From: Candidatus Eiseniibacteriota bacterium | GTDB taxonomy: Bacteria; Eisenbacteria; RBG-16-71-46; CAIMUX01; VGJL01 | DNA length: 25,070 nt | Reading direction: 5' to 3' | Assembly (NCBI GenBank): GCA_041946735.1 | Contig: JBHGAY010000045.1 | Coordinates: 1 to 25,070, forward strand | Shown here: one piece after another, positions 1 to 8,314 of the stretch | Numbering within the stretch: position 1 is the stretch's first letter | Layout of the letters: the number at the start of each line of letters is the position of its first letter | Notes under the pieces: model-generated | What the model was told of the DNA's origin: nothing | Seen by the model: the letters and a program-made list of their open reading frames with translations, nothing else | Database searches by the model: none | Translations under genes and position numbers: made by a program

Positions 1-1080
1 TTCTACGTGCGGCTCGTCGACCGGTTGCTCGAGAACGGCATCCTCCCGTTCCCGACGCTCTATCACTGGGACCTTCCGGCCGCGCTCGACGATCGCGGCG
101 GCTGGACGAATCCGGACGTCGAGGGATGGTTCGCGGAGTATGCGGAGACCGTCTTTCGCGCTCTCGGCGACCGCGTCCCGTTCTGGGCGACGCTCAACGA
201 GCCGTGGGTCGTGGCCGACGCGGGCTACCTGCACGGCGTGCATGCGCCGGGGCGGGCCGATCCTTTCGCCGCGCCGCGCGCCTCGCACGGCCTGCTGCGC
301 GCGCACGCAGCGGCCGTCCGGGCCTACAGGCGCGGCGGCTACCCCGGGAAGATCGGCATCGTCGTCAACCTGGAGCCGAAGCATCCCGCGTCGGACTCCG
401 AGCTCGACCGCGCCGCCGCCGCCCGCGCCGACGCCTACATGAATCGCCAGTACCTCGACCCGCTCTTCGGCCGCGGATACCCGGAAGAGCTGCCGTCGAT
501 CTTCGGCGAGGCGTGGCCGGGATACGGGGCGCGCGAGCTTCACGGCGTCGACGAACCGCTCGACTTCCTCGGGATCAACTACTACAGCCGCGCGGTCGTC
601 CGGCACGACGGCGAGGCGCGATCGCCTCTCGCCTCCTGGCTGCTGCGCGCCAGTCCCGTCAGGCAGTCCCACGCGAGACACACCGACATGGGATGGGAGA
701 TCTACCCGGCGGGACTGACCGAGACGCTCGCCTGGGTGCGCGACCGCTACGGCCCGGTCCCGATCTACGTGACCGAGAACGGCGCCGCCCTGCCTGACCC
801 TCCTTCGGCGGGCGTGGCGCGAGTCCTCGACGACCCGCTCCGCGTCGCCTACCTGCGTGAACATCTGCAGGCGGCGTGCGATGCGATCGACCGCGGCGTC
901 GACCTGCGCGGCTACTTCGTCTGGTCACTGCTCGACAACTACGAGTGGACCTGCGGGACTTCGATGCGCTTCGGGATCGTCCACGTGGACTTCGAGACGC
1001 AGAAGAGGACGCCCAAGGCGAGCGCCCTCTTCTACCGAGACGTCATTCGGTCGGCGGCCACGCCGGAGCCGGCCGCGTAA
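1..1080 (+). CDS. GH1 family beta-glucosidase (5'-truncated by the window edge)
   Basis: Frame is open from base 1 (FYVRLVDRLL...). It contains GH1 signatures TLYHWDLP, TLNEP (acid/base Glu), DFLGINYY, IYVTENG (nucleophile Glu) and WSLLDNYEW...RFGIVHVDFETQKRTPK. Stop TAA at 1078-1080. Confidence 0.95.
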   Translation, partial: FYVRLVDRLLENGILPFPTLYHWDLPAALDDRGGWTNPDVEGWFAEYAETVFRALGDRVPFWATLNEPWVVADAGYLHGVHAPGRADPFAAPRASHGLLRAHAAAVRAYRRGGYPGKIGIVVNLEPKHPASDSELDRAAAARADAYMNRQYLDPLFGRGYPEELPSIFGEAWPGYGARELHGVDEPLDFLGINYYSRAVVRHDGEARSPLASWLLRASPVRQSHARHTDMGWEIYPAGLTETLAWVRDRYGPVPIYVTENGAALPDPPSAGVARVLDDPLRVAYLREHLQAACDAIDRGVDLRGYFVWSLLDNYEWTCGTSMRFGIVHVDFETQKRTPKASALFYRDVIRSAATPEPAA

Positions 1081-1104
1081 TCGCTCCCTCCGCCGTTCCT
1101 CCTC

Positions 1105-2322
1105 CTAGAAGATCTCCGGGCACCACGGAGCGCGATCGCGCGGGAGCAAGGCATCGGCTCGGGCGGCCGCCCCCTCGCGCAGCTCGACGATCCTCCCCGC
1201 GTGCAGCAGATCGGCGAAGCGGAAGCCGCCGAGGTAGACCGATCCGAGCGCGTTCACGTCGAGCGAGATGTCGGCGTCCGCGCGCGTGCGCTCCACCGTC
1301 CCTTCCCCGAGCGCGTAGCGTCCCTCGTTCCATGGGCAGAACGGATCGGAGACCTCGAGAACGACCGGATCGCCTCCGCCGATCGAGCGCGACGCGAACG
1401 CCGCCGCAACGTCGACGAGCCGCACCCACAAGGAATCGCCCACCCGGAACCGCATGCGGCGCGGATTCGCGAGCAAGAGGAAGAGCGGATGGTCCATCGG
1501 CAGGGCATGCGCCTTGATGCTTCCCACCCAGTCGATGTCGAGAAGGAGCCGCCAGATCTCCGCGGTCGCCTGCGGCGTCGCTCCGATCGCCTCGAGGACG
1601 TTGACGTGCCCGCTCGATACGCCCGACTCGAGGTTCTGATTGAGACGGTAGAGTGCGTAGGCCTGCGGCTCGCCTCCGCTCGTCAGAAGGACTCGGTTCA
1701 GCACGCCACCGCCGCGACGCCGGCTTTCCGGGTCGGACAGCCGGCGCTCGCGCCACCAGTCAGGCGTGCGCGAAGGCATGCCGGGATGGTGCGGCCGCAC
1801 GCGCTCGTAGATCGCGGAGAACGGCTCGAGCGCCGCGTCCTCCTCGAGCATCGCTCCGTCGGTCCGCCGTTCGATCGGACGCGCGAAGGCGCTCGACAAT
1901 CGTGGGATCTCCACCTCTCCGCAGAGCGACGCGAGCCCGTAGCCGAAGCGGCCGTAGATCGTCTCCTCCGACGCCCAGAGGTACGCGACCGGCTCCCCGC
2001 GCTCGTGCACGTCGTCGAGCTGGGCGCGCATCATCGCCCGCAGCACGCCGCGCCGCCGGTGGGTCGGGAGCACGCCGACGACCGTGACACCGGCGGCTCG
2101 GACCGTCCGCTCCCCGGGCACTGTCATCTCGAACGTGTAGGCGCCCGCGCCTCCGACATACGCCGAGCCGTCGATCGCGGCGTGGACACGACGGACGTCG
2201 AGGAGCTTGTTCCAGCGGTCGAGATCCTCGGCGGTCGGCCTGGCTCCGAAGTAGTGGACGATGGGGGCGAGCGCCTTGCCCACCTCTTCGAGCGAGGCGC
2301 AGGGCCGGACGGTGAGGCTCAT
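1105..2322 (-). CDS. eis: Eis-family (enhanced intracellular survival) GNAT N-acetyltransferase with C-terminal SCP2-like domain
   Basis: 405 aa. GNAT motif A VTVVGVLPTHRRRG, Eis-like ASEETIYGRFGYG, LWVRLVDV, DPFCPWNEG and LGSVYLGG, and C-terminal PWCPEIF. SD-like GGAGGAAGGAG lies upstream of the ATG. Confidence 0.9.
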   Translation of the reverse strand: MSLTVRPCASLEEVGKALAPIVHYFGARPTAEDLDRWNKLLDVRRVHAAIDGSAYVGGAGAYTFEMTVPGERTVRAAGVTVVGVLPTHRRRGVLRAMMRAQLDDVHERGEPVAYLWASEETIYGRFGYGLASLCGEVEIPRLSSAFARPIERRTDGAMLEEDAALEPFSAIYERVRPHHPGMPSRTPDWWRERRLSDPESRRRGGGVLNRVLLTSGGEPQAYALYRLNQNLESGVSSGHVNVLEAIGATPQATAEIWRLLLDIDWVGSIKAHALPMDHPLFLLLANPRRMRFRVGDSLWVRLVDVAAAFASRSIGGGDPVVLEVSDPFCPWNEGRYALGEGTVERTRADADISLDVNALGSVYLGGFRFADLLHAGRIVELREGAAARADALLPRDRAPWCPEIF

Positions 2323-2439
2323 CGCGTGACTCCTTCCTCCTGGCTGCGGGACCGAGCGGCCCCGGCGGCGCGAGCGGCGAGCGGACTCGGAGACGAATGC
2401 GGAGAGGATACGCCAACCGAGTCCTGCCTCGCAGCCGGG

Positions 2440-2498
2440 CTTGGCGTCAGCGGGGAGAAGGCGGCGCCGGAACTTGGCGTCAGCGGGGAGAAGGCGGC
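2440..2498. repeat. Direct repeat, 2 x 26 bp (CTTGGCGTCAGCGGGGAGAAGGCGGC), period 33 bp
   Basis: Identical copies at 2440-2465 and 2473-2498, in the gap between the cytochrome and eis genes. Confidence 0.9.
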
Positions 2499-2580
2499 CC
2501 TGGCAAATGCGGGCGGCGCGCGCGGAGGGGCTGCGCGCGCCGCCGGGCCGCGGCCGGGTGGGAACGTGAGGACCTCGCTC

Positions 2581-3183
2581 TCAGTGCTCCTTCCCGTTCG
2601 GGATCGACCACGAGGTGTTTGCGGCATCGAGCTTGTGGCAGTGGGTGCATTCCCCCTGGAAGAGGGTCAGGAAGTGGTTGTCGTCTCCGCCGGTCAGATG
2701 GATGTCGTGCAGCATCGTCGCGAAGGCCGGCGCGACCTTCGAGTCCTTGCCGTGACATTGCAGGCAGGCTCCCGGGATCTCGTTCAACGAGCCGGGGACG
2801 GACGGATGCTTCCCCGTGATCGTGACGCCCGCGGGAGCGTGCGCCTTGGCCTTCTCGATCAGCCGCGGCTCGACGTTGCCCGCCGTCCAGGCGCCCATCA
2901 TCGTGCTCAGGCGCACGTCGAGGTTCTGCTCGGGCATGTTGACGTGGCAGTCCACGCAGGCGCCGGGGAACTGATCGGGAGTGGTGATCCCCGGGATGTG
3001 CCGCGCCGGAGGAAGCGGCGGCCCCCCGGGCGTGCCGGGCATCGGTCCGCCAGGGCCTCCCGGACCCCCGGGACTACCCGGCGGGGGCCCTTGCGCGATC
3101 GCCTGGAACGCGCCGACGGTGGCGATCGTCGCGATCACGAACGAAACGACGGCGATCGGAAATATCTTCGAACGATTGTACAT
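2581..3183 (-). CDS. Secreted small multi-heme (three CxxCH) cytochrome c
   Basis: ATG at 3183 is preceded by GGAAAGGAGA. Signal peptide MYNRSKIFPIAVVSFVIATIATVGAFQAIA, then a Gly/Pro-rich linker. Heme motifs CVDCH, CLQCH and CTHCH, plus extra His residues that could be distal ligands. 200 aa. Confidence 0.85.
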   Translation of the reverse strand: MYNRSKIFPIAVVSFVIATIATVGAFQAIAQGPPPGSPGGPGGPGGPMPGTPGGPPLPPARHIPGITTPDQFPGACVDCHVNMPEQNLDVRLSTMMGAWTAGNVEPRLIEKAKAHAPAGVTITGKHPSVPGSLNEIPGACLQCHGKDSKVAPAFATMLHDIHLTGGDDNHFLTLFQGECTHCHKLDAANTSWSIPNGKEH

Positions 3184-3280
3184 TGCGCGCTCTCCTTTCC
3201 GAGCCGCGACCGGCGCCTTTCGCGATCGTTTCGGTCCATCGGCTCGGGCGGGAGTGTTCTGGAATTTCGGCGTGCGCGCG

Positions 3281-3294
3281 ATGACAAAAGTCAA
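3281..3294 (-). promoter_or_regulatory. Putative CRP/FNR-family binding site upstream of the cytochrome c gene
   Basis: Minus strand reads TTGAC-TTTT-GTCAT, resembling the FNR box TTGAT-N4-ATCAA. It lies about 100 bp upstream of the cytochrome ATG. Confidence 0.45.
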
Positions 3295-3357
3295 CGAGGC
3301 CTCTGCGAAGTCGACGCAGGCCTCTGCCACCGCGCGTCCGCCACGAGCAGGCGCGCG

Positions 3358-6300
3358 CTACTGCAGCCAGAGCAGGCGCGACCCCCGCTCCTGCATCCTC
3401 CCCTCCGCGCAAATCCAGCCTTTCAAGAAGTAGACCCCGCGGGGCGCGCGCTCACCTCCGCCAACGGTGCCGTCCCAACGGAAGCTGTGGGACCCGCCCG
3501 GGAGCAAGCCGGCCGCCAAAGTCGCCATGCGCCTTCCGGTGACGCCGAACACCTGCAGCGTGACCTCGGCCGCAAACGGAAGATCGAGATGCACGACGGG
3601 GAAGCCGCTGCGCTCCAGCGAAGTGAAGAGGCGCAGCTCGCTCGGCAGCGAGGCCGCCTCCGTCCCCGTCTCCTCGGGCGTCGCCGTTTCTTCCGGCTCG
3701 GCCGGCTCTTCCGGCTTCTCCTCGTCGATGGGTTCCTGCACGTCCGAGGTCGGAAGCACGTGCAGGACCACTGACAGCGAGGTGCCGGTCCAGAGCAGCT
3801 CGCCGCACACGCCCGGCGCGGGACAGAGCGCGAGCTGCGAGAAGCTCGAGATCCTCGAGGCGAAGCGGAGGATCTCGATCGTGTCCCCTTCGTGCGGCTG
3901 ATAGCCCTCGACCGCGCGCAGGCGCAACGTCCCGCCGAGGCGGGCGACGCCGGTGATCTCGAGCAGGTCGGACTCGCCAGGGTCGGTGCCTCCCAGCTCG
4001 ATCACGATCTCGCCGGCTCCCTGCTGCTGAAACATGCCGTCGATCGTCAGGTGCCCGACCGACGCTCCCGGCTGCACGACTCCGTGGTAGTTGCGCACGT
4101 TCCCCGCGATGCGGCCGCCCCCGCGCAGCACGCCGCTCTCGATCCGCACCGTGTCGGGGGAGCTGAGCGTTCCGTCGATCGAGCCCACGGCGGTCCCGAG
4201 CGTCTGGCGGTAGGCGCCGTTCACGGTGAGACTCGAGCCCGCCGCGACACGCACCTGCCCGGCGGAGCTGAGCGCGCCCGCGCGCGTCTCCGCACGCGCG
4301 CCCCGGATCTCGAAGATTCCCTGGGGACCGATTGCCGTCATTCCGGCCAGCGCCTCGATCGTCCCTTCGTTCGACCAGATGCGCGCGTCGGGCCCGTCGA
4401 GGACGACCTCCGCGTCGAGCGTCGTGACGTTGGCGCCGATGAGCCGAAGCTGTCCTGCGCCGATCGCCCGCCACGCGCCGCCGGTCAGCTTCCCGATCGC
4501 GAAGTGCTGGCCCAGCTCGTCGCACCAGAACAGGCCGCCGGCCGTCGCCTCGACCGCCCCTTCCGTGTTGCGGAAGAGGCCCGCGCTGACGCGGCTTTCC
4601 CCCTGCGCTCCGGCCCGGAGAGTGCCCGTGTTCTCGACCGTGCCGCCCGTCTGGAGGATCTTCCCGCCGTCCTCGGCGATCAGAAGTCCCTCGTTGCGGC
4701 AGATGCCGGCGCTGAGCACCTGGAACGTTCCCGCTTCGCGTGCGCGAACGTCCGCGAGATTGTGCAACGTCCCGCCGGAGACCTGGACGGAGGAGCTGTC
4801 CGCGGCCTCTACGAGCGCGCGGTTCGTCAATGTCCCGCTGGCGAGGAGGAGGCGTCCGCCCGAGGCGGCGCGCATCGTCCCCTCGTTCGACTTCTCGTTC
4901 GTCGTGAGGGTGAGCGGCCGGCCCGCCACGTCACCGAGGATCGTGCCGAGGTGGGTCAAGGTGGCGGAGATCTCTCCCTCGCCGCGAATCGTCTGCTGCT
5001 CGCCGATCGTGAGCGTGACGCCGGGCTGCGTGCTCAGATTCGCGTCCGCGGGCGAGCCGGCGGTCCGGAGCAGGATCTCGCCGGAACCGGAAACGAGAAG
5101 ATCCGTCTCCGCGGTGAGGTAGGTGTTGCCGCTTCCCCCCGTGTCGTTGATCCGGATCGTTCGATTGTTCTCGAGAGCGGGGCCGGCGGCCGCCAGGACG
5201 GTGCTGGGGGCGATCCGCAGATCGGCTTCGTTGCGTACGCCGGTGAGGCGTGAGCCGCTCGCCGTGTTCCGGATGGCGCCGGTCCCGCTCGACTCGAGGA
5301 CCCCGCCGGTGATCCTGCCGGCGCTCACAGCGATCGAACCGTCCTCGGCGACGATCCGACCGGATCCTTCCTGCGAGATGAGTGACGAGGCGATGGTCAG
5401 AATCCCACCCGCACCGGTGCCGATCCATCCGAGGTTCTGCTTGTCCTGGCCGGAGAGGACGAGGCCCACCCCTCCCTGATCGGCGAGGATCGTCCCTTCG
5501 TTGCGAAGGCCCGCCTCGACACGTCCCTTCCCGCGGATCGTGTGATTCGGACCGTTCGTGAGGATCGCGCCGGCCGCGGACGTGAGCATGGCGTCGTCCG
5601 GGCTTCCGCCCGCCCGCAGGACGAGGGAGCCGCTTCCGAGAACCGGGAAGGAGCCAAGCCCCAGAACGCGGGTGTTCGACGACGTCCCCTCGTTCACGGT
5701 GATGGTCCCGTCGTTGGTGACCGCCCCGCGGACCTCGGTCGTCGTCCCCGGTTTGGCGATCCACTCGCCGGTCTGATGGAGATCGGCGACGCCGACCGTC
5801 CCGGAATACGTGTAGATCTGGCCGCCGGACGTGGTCTCGACGCGCCCGCCCGTCACCGAGGCGGGACCGGTCAGCCGGACCGTCCCGCCGTCGGCGACGA
5901 TGCGACCACCCGCTGACTGCAAGAGGCTGTCGCAGACGATGTCGAGGATTGCCGCGCCGGTCGCCGCCAGCGTGCCGTTCTCGTTCCGGAGGCCGGGCAT
6001 GTTCAGCAGGAGCCGCTTGCTCGGCGTGTCCGCGACAATCCTCCCCTCGTTCGTGAGGGAGACGGAGATGGACCCGGCGCCGTGAATCGTGTGAGAGGAC
6101 CCGTGTGTGCACCAGGCGGTCGCGCCGGCTTCCAGGTTCGCGTCCGCGGCATCAGCACCAGTCAGCAGCAGGATGTCTCCAGACCCGTCTAGCGAGAGTC
6201 CGTCGTCGAGCGTGAGATGCGTGTTCCCTGCGGCGCCGGTGTAGTTGATGCGGACCGTTCCGCTATTGGCGAAGAAGGGGCCGCCGGCCCGGGTGGACGT

Positions 6301-7290
6301 GTTCGATGCCAGGTCGAGCGATCCCTCGTTGGTGACTTCGACGAGGTAGGGCGTGCTCGCCACGGTGATAACCTTCCCGCCATCGCTGCTGCCGAGGATC
6401 CCTCCGGTGATGACCGCGCCTGTGCCCAGCTGCACCGTCCCTCCGGAGGAGCCGGAGATACGCCCCGCCGGACCCTGGTCGATCGGGCATCGGATCGTCA
6501 CCAAGCCAGCCGGAAGGGTCTCGATGATTCCCTGGTTGGTCTTCGTGCTTCCGAGGAGAGTGAGGCCGACCGGGCTGCCCCCACCGGCGATCCGGCCATT
6601 GTTCACCACGGCGGCGCTCACCGTCCCGGTCCCCTGGATCGTATGGGCATCGCCGTTCGTCAGACTGGCGCCCGTATCCGTCTCGAGGTTCGCGTCCCCG
6701 TCGGAGGTGAGCGACTGCAAGACGATGGACCCGGCTCCCGACACGGCGACCGGCTGCATGATCCCGAGGCGAGCGTTCGAGGATGTGTGCTCCCAGTTGA
6801 TGACGATCTGGCCGTCGTTCACGACCGACGGCCCGTGCAGATTGAGGATGGACCCATCACTGACCCGAAGCAGCGCCCCCACCCCGTTGACGACGTTCCC
6901 GATCAGCGTCGCGGTTCCGGCGTTGGCGGAGATCGTGCCGGCGTTCGTGATACCGGGACCGAGAAGCGCCGTGATGGTTCCCGCCCCGAGGTTCAGGCTG
7001 GCGCCGGGATTCTCGCCGAGGATTCCGTCCAGCGTCGGCGACGTGTCGAGCGTGATGGTGAACGCGCCGCCGCCCAGCGGAAAGCGAGCCGTCTCCCCGG
7101 CTGCGTTCGGAACATTCTGCGGGTTCCAGTTTGCCGCCACGTTCCAGTTGCCGTTGCCGGCTGCCCAGTCGATTGTCTGTGCGCGAGCGGGCTGGAGCGC
7201 AACCGGGCCGAGCGCTGCAAGCGCGAGCAACCACGCGACGAGCCCGGATTCGCTACCGCGGCCTGAACCGCGCCTACGCCATTGAGCCAT
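3358..7290 (-). CDS. Large secreted beta-helix (autotransporter-passenger-like) repeat protein with C-terminal FlgD-Ig/T9SS-type-A-like domain
   Basis: ATG at 7290 follows SD AAGGAGGA. Signal peptide ends ...QPARA. N-cap WAAGNGNWNVAANWNP, Gly/Thr/Asn-rich beta-strand repeats, autochaperone-like PGASVGHLTIDG...DLLEITG..LGGTL, an acidic linker, and C-terminal VFGVTGRRMATL...GSHSFRWDG...GVYFL. 1310 aa. Confidence 0.8.
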   Translation of the reverse strand: MAQWRRRGSGRGSESGLVAWLLALAALGPVALQPARAQTIDWAAGNGNWNVAANWNPQNVPNAAGETARFPLGGGAFTITLDTSPTLDGILGENPGASLNLGAGTITALLGPGITNAGTISANAGTATLIGNVVNGVGALLRVSDGSILNLHGPSVVNDGQIVINWEHTSSNARLGIMQPVAVSGAGSIVLQSLTSDGDANLETDTGASLTNGDAHTIQGTGTVSAAVVNNGRIAGGGSPVGLTLLGSTKTNQGIIETLPAGLVTIRCPIDQGPAGRISGSSGGTVQLGTGAVITGGILGSSDGGKVITVASTPYLVEVTNEGSLDLASNTSTRAGGPFFANSGTVRINYTGAAGNTHLTLDDGLSLDGSGDILLLTGADAADANLEAGATAWCTHGSSHTIHGAGSISVSLTNEGRIVADTPSKRLLLNMPGLRNENGTLAATGAAILDIVCDSLLQSAGGRIVADGGTVRLTGPASVTGGRVETTSGGQIYTYSGTVGVADLHQTGEWIAKPGTTTEVRGAVTNDGTITVNEGTSSNTRVLGLGSFPVLGSGSLVLRAGGSPDDAMLTSAAGAILTNGPNHTIRGKGRVEAGLRNEGTILADQGGVGLVLSGQDKQNLGWIGTGAGGILTIASSLISQEGSGRIVAEDGSIAVSAGRITGGVLESSGTGAIRNTASGSRLTGVRNEADLRIAPSTVLAAAGPALENNRTIRINDTGGSGNTYLTAETDLLVSGSGEILLRTAGSPADANLSTQPGVTLTIGEQQTIRGEGEISATLTHLGTILGDVAGRPLTLTTNEKSNEGTMRAASGGRLLLASGTLTNRALVEAADSSSVQVSGGTLHNLADVRAREAGTFQVLSAGICRNEGLLIAEDGGKILQTGGTVENTGTLRAGAQGESRVSAGLFRNTEGAVEATAGGLFWCDELGQHFAIGKLTGGAWRAIGAGQLRLIGANVTTLDAEVVLDGPDARIWSNEGTIEALAGMTAIGPQGIFEIRGARAETRAGALSSAGQVRVAAGSSLTVNGAYRQTLGTAVGSIDGTLSSPDTVRIESGVLRGGGRIAGNVRNYHGVVQPGASVGHLTIDGMFQQQGAGEIVIELGGTDPGESDLLEITGVARLGGTLRLRAVEGYQPHEGDTIEILRFASRISSFSQLALCPAPGVCGELLWTGTSLSVVLHVLPTSDVQEPIDEEKPEEPAEPEETATPEETGTEAASLPSELRLFTSLERSGFPVVHLDLPFAAEVTLQVFGVTGRRMATLAAGLLPGGSHSFRWDGTVGGGERAPRGVYFLKGWICAEGRMQERGSRLLWLQ

Positions 7291-7468
7291 GGAAGATTCC
7301 TCCTTCGTCACTTCCCTGGCGGTGCCCCCGCCGCCGGATACCGTCGAATGTCCGTGGGGCAGGAGGAATCGTGATCGGGGCGAGTTACACGAGAGTTACG
7401 CGGACGCGGCGCAAGCATTCGGAGGATCGATGTTCGGAGGGGGAGCGAGGGACGCTGTCCCCCTGCGA

Positions 7469-8194
7469 TCAAGGCACCGGCCCGCCGAGGTCGATCGGCG
7501 GCTCGATCGGACGGAGCACCTCTTCTTCGATGGGATCGTCCCAGTCGACCGGACCTCCGCCGTTGCCGGGCTTCGGCGCCTTCCAGAAGAACCGCTCCGC
7601 CTCGCCCGGCTGCCCGTGGTAGCGCTTCTGCAGCTCCACGTAGCTCCGGCGATAGGCGCCGAGCCAGCGGACCTTCGCGGCGCGGACCCTGGGCCGGTCC
7701 GCCTCCTCGGTCTTCGCGGCCTTCGCCCACTCATCGATATCCCCTTGGAGCCACTCGATCGCCATTCCGAGCAGCATCTCGTGCGCGCGCAGCAGCACGT
7801 CCTCGTCCTCGGACAATGTCTCGGCGATCTCGATCACGCGTCGCAGCCGCGCCGGCGGGTTGAGCTTGCTCAGAGGCGTCGCGTCCACCGGGAAGTACTT
7901 TCGGTACTCGTCGCAGTCCCGATCGCCATTCACGTGCTTGCGCAGGTCCTTCTCGAAACGCCGCACGTCGTCGAGCATGTTGTTCGAGGCTTCGTGCAGC
8001 GCCTCGTGCAGCACGTCGACGCGGATCTCCATCATGTGGTGCTCGTCGTAGACGCCTTGGAGATAGTCCTGCACCCGCTGGAACTTCTCGTGCAGGTCCG
8101 CGTGCTCCGGATGCTTCTCGAGCATCCGCAGGTGGTAGTAGCCGAAGTCGATCAAGAGCGTCTCGGGATTCATGTCGACGGTTGGGGTCCGCAT
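7469..8194 (-). CDS. Hypothetical alpha-helical cytoplasmic protein
   Basis: 241 aa with strong GC3 codon bias and a charged, natural-looking composition unlike the shadow ORFs. SD GGGAGG lies upstream of the ATG. No family recognised. Confidence 0.8.
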   Translation of the reverse strand: MRTPTVDMNPETLLIDFGYYHLRMLEKHPEHADLHEKFQRVQDYLQGVYDEHHMMEIRVDVLHEALHEASNNMLDDVRRFEKDLRKHVNGDRDCDEYRKYFPVDATPLSKLNPPARLRRVIEIAETLSEDEDVLLRAHEMLLGMAIEWLQGDIDEWAKAAKTEEADRPRVRAAKVRWLGAYRRSYVELQKRYHGQPGEAERFFWKAPKPGNGGGPVDWDDPIEEEVLRPIEPPIDLGGPVP

Positions 8195-8314
8195 CGCGAC
8201 CTCCCTGATCGGCCGCGGAGGAGGATAGGAGCGCGGCTCGACACGAACGAGAGTAGGCCGGTGGGAGGCCTGCGGACAAGGGGAGGCCGCCCGCCGCCGG
8301 CCGCGCAGGAAGCC

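Noticed and set aside
925..975. GH1 C-terminal motif variant DNYEWTCGTSMRFG (usually DNFEWAxGYxxRFG)
   Set aside because: The glycone-binding Glu-Trp and both catalytic Glu motifs are intact, so this is too weak to infer altered specificity or inactivation.
2319..2627. 102-aa minus-strand ORF whose stop overlaps the eis start and which contains the AAFSPLTPS repeat
   Set aside because: Low complexity, overlaps the cytochrome 3' end, has no SD or family motif, and eis has its own strong SD.
1201..3774. 857-aa + strand ORF and other long + strand ORFs (7289-9595, 9905-11737, 13183-14805, 18541-20019, 23607-24737)
   Set aside because: Antisense shadows of well-supported minus-strand genes. Stop codons are scarce at this GC content and the translations are Arg/Ala/Gly-rich with no motifs.
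8223..8236. 14-mer GGATAGGAGCGCGG shared with 21895-21908
   Set aside because: The match does not extend, and 14-bp matches can arise by chance in 25 kb of very GC-rich DNA.
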